Assembly (NCBI GenBank): GCA_038104845.1
Contig: JAYOBJ010000008.1
Location: 7,788 to 71,787, forward strand
From: Methanobacteriota archaeon
GTDB taxonomy: Archaea; Thermoplasmatota; Poseidoniia; Poseidoniales; Poseidoniaceae
Direction: 5' to 3'
Length of the DNA stretch: 64,000 nucleotides
Shown here: positions 1-7,319 of the stretch, in pieces
Position numbering within the stretch: position 1 is the first letter of the stretch
How the letters are laid out: the number at the start of each line of letters is the position of its first letter
Made by a program: the position numbers and the translations under genes
Notes under the pieces: generated by a model
Database searches by the model: none
Seen by the model: the letters and a program-made list of their open reading frames with translations, nothing else
Told to the model about the DNA's origin: nothing

Positions 1-1573
1 CGGCGGTGGCTTGGGAGGTTCCGGACAAGGACATGTAGTAGGCGTTCCCACCGACGTGCGTGCCGGTCAAACAATCGGGACCTGCAGGGAACCGGGCTTC
101 TTCAGCCAGCCCAGAGCAAACGCCCACACCTGGCGCGACAACATCGGGCTTGATTCGCCCATCAAGCGCTGGACCGAGCGAGGAGAAGTTGGCCACCTGC
201 CCCGGCACTGCGGTACCACCTGCACCCGTGGTGGATGCCCCAACAGCCAGCACGTTTTTCGCGGTCCCGGGCGAGGTCACTTGGGAAGCACCTTGTGCTC
301 CCCGGTCACCCACAGAAAAGACGGGCGTCAAGTCTGACCGATCACGAACAAACACGTCCACGGAACGGGCGTCGGCGGTGTATTGGCCGTAGTTGCCGTT
401 GAGGCCCCACGCGTTGACGGCGATGCGTGCCGTTTTTTGTTCGGCGTCTCGAAGCATGTCGTAGATCGAGCCGATGCGTCCAAACACGCCCGTTGGGTCG
501 TGTTCAAGCGCATACATCACGATGTTGGCGGCGGGCGCAACACCCCGAGCATCAACGTTGCCCGTCCCGTTGCCAGCCACCGTGATGGCGACGTGCGTGC
601 CATGACCGGTGTTCGTATCGGCGGGTGACGGATCCAGTCCGAACTGGGTCAGCGTTCCCGCCACGCGTCCGGTTAGGTCGGGGTGGTTTTGATCAAGTCC
701 CGTGTCGGTGATGGCGATCATCTCACCCGAACCATCGAGTGTAAAGGATGCATTCGAGGTGACATCGGCCACACCTGCGATGGACCATGCAACGGCGTTG
801 TGAGGGGACATCGTTGCGGACGGTTCGGTCCACATGATGCGCCCGTCGTGTGCCACGTTTTGCACCAAAACGGCGGCAAAGTCGGGTTGAACGCTGGCAC
901 GGCAGAGCCAGGCGTCGCACCAGGCGTCGTTGGCCCCGTATCGAACCAGGTCCGTCGAGAGGGCGTCGTAACCACCTGCATGCAAATCAGGCGTGGGCAC
1001 CAAGGTCAACGCAGCCACCTGGTCAGGCACCTCCAACAGTGACGTTTCGACCCGCCATCCCGGGGCCTGATGCCCGACCCAGCGAATGCGCTCGTCACCG
1101 TTCAATCGATGCATGGCGTCCATGGGTGGATCGGGCAATCGGACCAACCATGCCTCGTCGTGGAGCACGTCCAACACCGTCAAACCGTGTTCCTTGGCCA
1201 ATGCCTCCATCAACACGCCGTCGGCGCGGTGCAGTTGAACCATCGCCAAACCGGTTTGCTGTGCATCGCCGAGACGACCGAACCCAGTGGGTACATCCGG
1301 GCCTTCGGTGACAAGAGGGTCAAACGAACCAGCTGCCAAGTGAATGAAGCCGGTCGATGCTGCCCAATGACCGGCTTCGAGGGCCGGTTCAGGAAGCAAG
1401 TTCCAGTGCGCCGATGCTCGGAGCAAACGTTCGTCTTCGGTTGGATTCTGAGGGAGTTCAGTTGCATGTTCACCCGACAACGATGGGTCGGGAGCAGCGG
1501 ATGATACCACGGCCGTCAGCGGCAACGAAACCATCAGCCAAAAGACGAGCCAGAGGCCTGCCCGTGAACGCAT
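1..1573 (-). CDS. Subtilisin-like serine protease (peptidase S8), secreted; C-terminal end runs off the window (partial)
   Basis: Absent from the ORF track because it has no stop in the window. Hand translation of the minus strand from ATG (complement of 1571-1573) gives MRSRAGLWLVFWLMVSLPLTAVVSS (signal peptide). It then shows AITDTGLDQNHPDL (Asp), GHGTHVAITVAG (His, ~590-610) and SGTSQATA (Ser, complement of 8-25). The frame stays open down to base 1. Confidence 0.85.
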   Translation of the reverse strand, partial: MRSRAGLWLVFWLMVSLPLTAVVSSAAPDPSLSGEHATELPQNPTEDERLLRASAHWNLLPEPALEAGHWAASTGFIHLAAGSFDPLVTEGPDVPTGFGRLGDAQQTGLAMVQLHRADGVLMEALAKEHGLTVLDVLHDEAWLVRLPDPPMDAMHRLNGDERIRWVGHQAPGWRVETSLLEVPDQVAALTLVPTPDLHAGGYDALSTDLVRYGANDAWCDAWLCRASVQPDFAAVLVQNVAHDGRIMWTEPSATMSPHNAVAWSIAGVADVTSNASFTLDGSGEMIAITDTGLDQNHPDLTGRVAGTLTQFGLDPSPADTNTGHGTHVAITVAGNGTGNVDARGVAPAANIVMYALEHDPTGVFGRIGSIYDMLRDAEQKTARIAVNAWGLNGNYGQYTADARSVDVFVRDRSDLTPVFSVGDRGAQGASQVTSPGTAKNVLAVGASTTGAGGTAVPGQVANFSSLGPALDGRIKPDVVAPGVGVCSGLAEEARFPAGPDCLTGTHVGGNAYYMSLSGTSQATA

Positions 1574-1634
1574 GCCACGAGGAACCGTGGCCCACTTTTC
1601 AATACACCTCATCGGTGCGTGTGACCCGTCCGTG

Positions 1635-2672
1635 TCAAAGCCCGTTGTAGGCGGAGATGGCAGCGTCCGTTTTGGCAACGCTGACCAACCAATCCGTTTC
1701 CGTGCCCATCAGGGCACGAATGGCATCGACGTTCTCGGGAATGACGTCCGATTCCTGGTGAATCGCTTGGAAGTAGTACAGGGTGTTGCCGTCGAGCTTC
1801 ACGCCATCCTCCCAAACAAAGATTTCGTGGAGATCACCCCACTTTCGGCCAATGTCACGTGCATATTCCATGACCTCAGCCGTGGTGGTGATGCCGGTTT
1901 CTGCTCCGTTCATGATGATGATGCGGGGCTGCTCACGCCACATCGCCAGGACCGATTCGGTGGTCAAACCGTGACCGTCGGGCAACATCGCCACGATGGA
2001 ATGGCAGTGCATCAGGGTGGTCGGAACGGCCACGGCCATGGAGTTGATCTGAATTTCGGGTTTCACCGTCATCACATCGGGCCCGTGGTGCGACGGCACC
2101 TTGAGCACAGGCTTGATGGCGTTGATGGGGCCTTTGGCCGAATCGCCGGGGTCGGCTGCACGTCGAATCATGGTGCACTCCACCGACAGCGAACCGCAGT
2201 GATTGTATAGGGGTACGAGGGTTCGGGACAATCCAGTGGTGTTGCAGGACACCACCCGTGTTCCCACGGCGTTCAGGTTCTCGGCGTGATTGGCGGACGA
2301 TGTGTACGACAATCCCGCCATGGCGTGCTTTTCACCGCCTTGAAAGATGTACTTGACCCCGGCGTTGATGTAGATGTCTTTGTTGGCGGCACCGACTTTA
2401 CCGGGTGAACAATCCACCACCACATCGGCCACAGCCAGCAGGTCACGCAAACCTCCGTGGCATTCGTAACCGGCATCTGCAAAGGCATCGATGCGCTCTT
2501 GATCGTCAAACGTGCAGTAGAGCGGGTAGCCTTTGCGCACAGCGAGATCGCACCCGAAGGACGGGCGGGTTTTCGTCACCCCGACAATGACCATGTCGTC
2601 CTGTGCGTCCACGGCGTCAGCGACGCGCTTTCCGATGGTTCCGTACCCGTTGATGGCGACGTTGATGGTCAT
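1635..2672 (-). CDS. gap: Glyceraldehyde-3-phosphate dehydrogenase, archaeal type II
   Basis: ORF 1635..2855 trimmed to the internal ATG (complement of 2670-2672). The product starts MTINVAINGYGTIGKRVADAV (N-terminal Rossmann GxGxxG) and carries the VVSCNTTGL catalytic Cys motif. Length of 345 aa is typical for archaeal GAPDH. Confidence 0.9.
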   Translation of the reverse strand: MTINVAINGYGTIGKRVADAVDAQDDMVIVGVTKTRPSFGCDLAVRKGYPLYCTFDDQERIDAFADAGYECHGGLRDLLAVADVVVDCSPGKVGAANKDIYINAGVKYIFQGGEKHAMAGLSYTSSANHAENLNAVGTRVVSCNTTGLSRTLVPLYNHCGSLSVECTMIRRAADPGDSAKGPINAIKPVLKVPSHHGPDVMTVKPEIQINSMAVAVPTTLMHCHSIVAMLPDGHGLTTESVLAMWREQPRIIIMNGAETGITTTAEVMEYARDIGRKWGDLHEIFVWEDGVKLDGNTLYYFQAIHQESDVIPENVDAIRALMGTETDWLVSVAKTDAAISAYNGL

Positions 2673-2805
2673 GAGGTTCCCCGAACATTCCCTCTCACAG
2701 ACCGCACATAAGGATTCGTGAGCGGGTGAGATGAGGTCGAAAGGACACCCTCTCCCTTGCCGGTTGGACGGATGGATATTTGTGCGAGGAACCGAACGAC
2801 AGACC

Positions 2806-4383
2806 ATGGCCGGCAACGCCGATGCGGTCCAACGGTCGCTGAACATCAACGCCAAACTTGGGCCCCGACTGGAAGCTGCGGCTCAGCAAAACGCCATTCT
2901 TCGAATCGGGTGGACGAACGCCGGCGACCCCGTGCCCAAAAACGGCGAATTGGGGCTTTGTCCCGGTCTGCCTCAGGGTGCTCGAATTCGTGCGCTGGGT
3001 GTGTTGGGGTCGTGGATTGCCGCTTTTGGATTGGGCGGGTCGTTCACCCTTCAAGGCGATGCGGGTGGTTTCCTCGGAGCCGGCAACAACGGGACCAGCA
3101 TTCGGTGTGAACAACTGGCTGGAGATTACGTTGGGTTCCGTATGGTCGACGGCGACATCACCGTGCTCGAAGGCGTCGGTCACGATGCTGGCGCCATGAT
3201 GCAAGGCGGCCGTTTGGTGGTCCGTGGACCTGCAGGTGCACGCGTTGGTGGCGGCATGAGCGATGGACTCATTGTGATTCATGGCGATGTGGGGCCGGAC
3301 CCCGGCGCCGGCATGGCCGGTGGCCTCATCGTGGTCAATGGACGGTGCCCAAGCCCCCCACCGGGCGTGATGTTGCGGCCGCTGAACACCAAGGAAGTCA
3401 AGCAGATCAACAGCGACATCGGCGATGAATCCATGCACGTTCCAAGCGATGCCGTCTGCCTGTGCGCTGCACCTCATGCCACCACAGTGGAAGGCATGGG
3501 AAGCATGGTGTCGGCAGGAGACCTCTCGTCCGTGGGACTCACGTCGCATGAGCAAGCAGCCCTTCCAACCTACGCAACGGTGGACACGGTGGCGCTTGTT
3601 GGCAACACCGACGATGTGAACGCCCTCGCCCTGCCCATGCCCATGATCCCCCATCTCCCGCCCGGCTTCGAGCGCTCGTCCATGGAGCCAAGCGACACGG
3701 CAACCGGTGTGATGGACCGACACCCCATGCTGGTGCACGCGTCACCAAGGAACGTCGACATCTTGGTCGCCGATGTAGACAACCTGTCAACCTTGGCGAA
3801 GGAACTCCCTCATTCGGGCGGCATCGCCGTCGACCTCGATCGGCTCCCCGCCATGACTCCGGAACAATTGGACGGCTTGCTGGTGGCCATGAAATCCCTG
3901 GCACAGGAACGTGCTCCCACCGCCCTCATCCAGGGCATCGGTCGGGTCCAATCGCTCCACCGATCGTCCGTTCATCACGGTGTGCACCTCGCTTTGGCAA
4001 GGATCGAAGACGGCAGCGGCATCAGTGAAGCTGCTGCCCTGCCGTTGATTGGCCGGTCCTCCAAGGAACACCTGACTGGCTCATCCACGCAATGCGGTGC
4101 GCTGCTTGGCTTCGCCGCCACCGGTCACGACCTTGCGGTGCTGCTGGCCTCGGGCGTGGGCGTTGTTGCCAGCGAAGTCCCCATGGCCGACGCTGAGGAT
4201 GTGGCCTTGTGGTTGTCCGGGACCCAGACGGACCTGGCGGATGAATTGCGACGCATTGGCGTGGCAAGCGTGGATTTGCTCCAGCGCCACCACCTTCGGG
4301 CGCTCGACACCGAAACAGCCGCCGTCAGCGGATTGCGTTTGGCTGGCTACGGTCGACCGCTGCCCCACTGGTTCGCAAGGTAG
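2806..4383 (+). CDS. GXGXG-motif protein related to the glutamate synthase alpha-subunit C-terminal domain / FwdC, with a C-terminal half of uncertain function
   Basis: ORF 2731..4383 trimmed to ATG 2806. It has repeated Gly-rich beta-helix rungs: GDAGGFLGAGNNGTSIRCE..VGHDAGAMMQGGRLVVRGPAGARVGGGMSDGLIVIHGDVGPDPGAGMAGGLIVVNG. The C-terminal ~300 aa only weakly resemble the distal part of a GltS-type barrel (ALLGFAATGHDLAVLLASGVGVV). It is divergent from gap across a 133-nt spacer. Confidence 0.6.
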   Translation: MAGNADAVQRSLNINAKLGPRLEAAAQQNAILRIGWTNAGDPVPKNGELGLCPGLPQGARIRALGVLGSWIAAFGLGGSFTLQGDAGGFLGAGNNGTSIRCEQLAGDYVGFRMVDGDITVLEGVGHDAGAMMQGGRLVVRGPAGARVGGGMSDGLIVIHGDVGPDPGAGMAGGLIVVNGRCPSPPPGVMLRPLNTKEVKQINSDIGDESMHVPSDAVCLCAAPHATTVEGMGSMVSAGDLSSVGLTSHEQAALPTYATVDTVALVGNTDDVNALALPMPMIPHLPPGFERSSMEPSDTATGVMDRHPMLVHASPRNVDILVADVDNLSTLAKELPHSGGIAVDLDRLPAMTPEQLDGLLVAMKSLAQERAPTALIQGIGRVQSLHRSSVHHGVHLALARIEDGSGISEAAALPLIGRSSKEHLTGSSTQCGALLGFAATGHDLAVLLASGVGVVASEVPMADAEDVALWLSGTQTDLADELRRIGVASVDLLQRHHLRALDTETAAVSGLRLAGYGRPLPHWFAR

Positions 4384-4391
4384 GTGACATC

Positions 4392-6140
4392 ATGCCAACG
4401 ATCTCTGTCCCTCAACAACTGCTCGCCGACTTGATGGGTCAACATGGATTTCACCACGACATCGACGACCTTGAACAGCGGTTGCCCTTGTTGGGCACCG
4501 ACATCGACGGTTGCACTGAAACACAATTGGACATCGAGATATTTCCCGACCGCCCCGACCTCCTCAGCGGAGAAACCCTGGCGTTTGCCATGCGACCCTT
4601 CCTCCACGGGGCACCGAGTGCCCCGGACCTTCCCTCATCGCCCAGTGGCATCGCCTTCTCGGTGGATGAAGCGCTGGCCGATGTGCGCCCGGTGATGCTG
4701 GCGGCGGTGGTGCGAGGCGTTGAGTTGGCCCCTGACGACGAGGGGCGCGAGGCCTTCATCAAAGCCCTCATGGACCACCAGGAAAAACTTCACTTCGCCC
4801 TTGGGCGCGGGCGCAAGCGCGCCTCCATTGGCGTCCACGATTTGGCAAGGTTGAGTCCACCCTTCCATGCCAAAGCAGTACCGAGGTCAACGGCCTTTGT
4901 GCCGCTCGGGGAAACCGAGCCCATGACGATCGATGAAATCCTTGAGCATCACCCCAAAGGGCAGGACTACGCCCATCTGTTGGACGGTATGGACCGCGTG
5001 CCGTTGATCGAGGACAGCAACGGCGATGTCCTTTCGTTCCCCCCCATCATCAACGGGGCGCACACCACGGTCACCCACACCACCGAGGATTTCTTCATCG
5101 ACGTCACCGGCTGGGACCCACGTGCCTGTGAAGCAGCCCTCATGCTGGTGTGTTTGCAACTGCAAGAACGCGGCGGAACCATCCAGTCGGTGGACATCAC
5201 CACCTGCGAAGGGACCTCCGTCACCATGCCTCGACCCGATGCCATGCGTCACACCGTGCCCGAAGGACTGGTGAACGACTTGTTGGGTCGAGCGCTGGAC
5301 GATACCGAACTTGAGCAAGCCATCACCCGGATGGGCGGACGGTTGGCTGGACGGGAACCTGCAGGCTCCGACGCACCCGAACACAGCACGTCCATGGCGG
5401 TGGCTGCTCGAGGGGAATCGTGTCTTGTGGTGGAGATGCCTCGCTGGCGATTCGACCTGCTCCACCCTGTGGACATCGTCGAAGACATCGCCATTGGCCA
5501 CGGCTACGAAGACCTCGGGACCGATTGGCCCAAGGCACCGTTGACCGCCGTGGCACGACCCGACCACCACCTGCGCCGCCGCCTCCGTGAGGCGATGCAG
5601 GGCATGGGCTTTCTCCAAATTCAATCCTTGACACTGTCCAACATGGAGGACCAATTCCAACGCATGAGGTGGACGCCCAAGCACAAGGTCACGCAGTTGA
5701 CCAACCCAATCACGGTGGATCACACCGTGCTGCGCCAGCATCTCATGCCAGGCCTCATTCGTCTGCTGGCTGCCAACAAGCATCACGATCTACCGCAGCG
5801 TGTGTACGAACAGGGCACCGTGGTGAGGGACCACCGGAACTGCAACCGGTTGGCCATGCTCTCGGCGGAACGTTCCGGTGGTTTCTCCGCCGTCCGTGGA
5901 CGAATCCAAGCCTTTTGCCGAGACATGGGCATCACGGAGTGGGACGTCCAACCCATGGAAGCGGGTGATGGACCTTGGCTGGCTGGCCGAGGTGCGAAAC
6001 TCATGGTGAATGGCACGTGGGTGGGTTGCTTCGGTGAACTGGACCCGCATGTGGCTTCAGCGTTTGACCTGAACGTGCCGTTGAACGGGGCTGAATTCGA
6101 CGTGGATGCGTTGTTCAGCGTCATGGAAGACCCGGTGTGA
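4392..6140 (+). CDS. pheT: Phenylalanyl-tRNA synthetase beta subunit, archaeal/eukaryal type
   Basis: The product starts MPTISVPQQLLADLMG...EIFPDRPDLLSGE, matching the N-terminal signature of archaeal PheT (M-P-x-[IF]..., NRPDLWS-like). Length is 582 aa. An AGGTGA Shine-Dalgarno sits at 4382-4387, 4 nt before the ATG. Confidence 0.9.
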   Translation: MPTISVPQQLLADLMGQHGFHHDIDDLEQRLPLLGTDIDGCTETQLDIEIFPDRPDLLSGETLAFAMRPFLHGAPSAPDLPSSPSGIAFSVDEALADVRPVMLAAVVRGVELAPDDEGREAFIKALMDHQEKLHFALGRGRKRASIGVHDLARLSPPFHAKAVPRSTAFVPLGETEPMTIDEILEHHPKGQDYAHLLDGMDRVPLIEDSNGDVLSFPPIINGAHTTVTHTTEDFFIDVTGWDPRACEAALMLVCLQLQERGGTIQSVDITTCEGTSVTMPRPDAMRHTVPEGLVNDLLGRALDDTELEQAITRMGGRLAGREPAGSDAPEHSTSMAVAARGESCLVVEMPRWRFDLLHPVDIVEDIAIGHGYEDLGTDWPKAPLTAVARPDHHLRRRLREAMQGMGFLQIQSLTLSNMEDQFQRMRWTPKHKVTQLTNPITVDHTVLRQHLMPGLIRLLAANKHHDLPQRVYEQGTVVRDHRNCNRLAMLSAERSGGFSAVRGRIQAFCRDMGITEWDVQPMEAGDGPWLAGRGAKLMVNGTWVGCFGELDPHVASAFDLNVPLNGAEFDVDALFSVMEDPV

Positions 6141-6147
6141 TGACGGC

Positions 6148-6807
6148 ATGTGCGGTAGATTTGCACGCGCACGACCTTTGGATGCGTCGCTCGACGGGCT
6201 GACAGCGGTGGACCGTTCAACCCTCCAACCCTTGGAACCGTCGTGGAATGTGGCGCCGCAACAGACTGCGACCGTTCTGTGCGCTCACCCGACTCGGGCC
6301 GACGGTCTCGCCTTTGACCGCATGACCTGGGGGTTCCGACCCGCTTGGTCCCGGTCCTCCAAGCGCGAACCCATCAACGCACGAATCGAAACGGTGGCTG
6401 AGAAACCGATGTTTCGTGAAGCCTACGCCACGCAGCGATGCTTGGTGCCCATGGACGGTTGGTACGAGTGGATGACCACCCCGCAGGGCCAGCAGCCTTG
6501 GTACCATCAACGCGTGGATGGGGCCATCCTTTGGGCGGCCGGCATCCATTCGACCTGGGAAGGGCAAGGTGAAGTTCACACCTCCTTCGCCCTGCTAACG
6601 ACCGCCGCCAACGAAGATTGCGATCATGTTCACCACCGCATGCCGGTGTTGATCGAACCGGGGCAAGCAGGGGCGTGGATTCACCAGCAATCGTGGCAAG
6701 GTTGGCCCCAGAGTGGAGTTGTGCAAGCCCACGCTGTGGGACGAGAGGTGAACCGAACTGCGGTTGACCACGCCGGTTTGATTCGCCCGTTGCCGACGCT
6801 GTTCTGA
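6148..6807 (+). CDS. SRAP-domain protein (YedK/HMCES-like abasic-site processing protein, DUF159)
   Basis: ORF 6106..6807 trimmed to ATG 6148, giving the N-terminus MCGRFA (catalytic Cys2). It also has the conserved HHRMPVLI motif. Length is 219 aa. Confidence 0.85.
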   Translation: MCGRFARARPLDASLDGLTAVDRSTLQPLEPSWNVAPQQTATVLCAHPTRADGLAFDRMTWGFRPAWSRSSKREPINARIETVAEKPMFREAYATQRCLVPMDGWYEWMTTPQGQQPWYHQRVDGAILWAAGIHSTWEGQGEVHTSFALLTTAANEDCDHVHHRMPVLIEPGQAGAWIHQQSWQGWPQSGVVQAHAVGREVNRTAVDHAGLIRPLPTLF

Positions 6808-7227
6808 TCAAGCGTAGGCTGTGTAGGTTCCGTCCTCGTTTTGCGTGTAGGCCGTGGGTTCAAACGAACCGTCCTTTAATCGCTTGTAGTGGTAGCCATC
6901 GGTGTGGTGCACCCACGAAAAATCAGCCTCTTCATCGAGCGGTTCTGCGCTTGACGCTTCCACCCCAGCGGCCGGCGCCTCGTTGACCGAAGCATCGCCA
7001 CCGGACACAATGCCGTCGTAGCGTTCGGTTTGATCGCTCGCAGCATGAACCGTGGCCGAGCCGTCGCCAAACAACGCCAAGGCATCGGTGTAGGCCGTGG
7101 TATCCACAGCAACGGCCGCCTCCCGGCGGTTGGGGTCTTCCCCTTTCTTGTAGACCAACGGGGCGGGCGGTGCTTCATCGACCTGGTCGGGGTCCTTGTT
7201 CCGCTTGAACGGCCAGAACGGTGCCAT
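6808..7227 (-). CDS. Hypothetical acidic low-complexity protein
   Basis: ORF 6808..7278 trimmed to ATG (complement of 7225-7227), giving MAPFWPFKRNKDPDQ... It is Asp/Glu/Ala-rich with a C-terminal aromatic motif, DFSWVHHTDGYHYKRLKDGSF. Its stop abuts the SRAP gene stop with 0 nt between them. No family recognised. Confidence 0.45.
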   Translation of the reverse strand: MAPFWPFKRNKDPDQVDEAPPAPLVYKKGEDPNRREAAVAVDTTAYTDALALFGDGSATVHAASDQTERYDGIVSGGDASVNEAPAAGVEASSAEPLDEEADFSWVHHTDGYHYKRLKDGSFEPTAYTQNEDGTYTAYA

Positions 7228-7319
7228 GGCTTGGCGTGGTTGTTGGTCTTGATGAAGCCTGCGACTTTGGTGGCTCAAGGCATCGTGGCCTTCATAGGGC
7301 GAGCACCGATGACCGAGCC

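Noticed and set aside
2673-2855. N-terminal extensions of track ORFs (for example the first 61 codons of 1635..2855, also 2731-2805, 6106-6147, 7221-7319, 10416-10508, 32677-32814, 38504-38626 and 38590-38688)
   Set aside because: The internal ATGs give canonical family N-termini (MTINVAINGYGTIGK, MCGRFA, signal peptides, MTLTITHLGTGS) and/or are preceded by SD-like motifs. The extensions start at GTG/TTG in many cases and would overlap neighbouring genes or divergent promoters.
2695-3738. 347-aa minus-strand ORF, and likewise 4887..5786, 10659..11585, 16038..17201 and 13308..14063
   Set aside because: These are antisense to genes with strong family signatures (the GXGXG protein, pheT, gltX, rps15/arcS and the zinc-ribbon membrane protein), and none carries a motif of its own.
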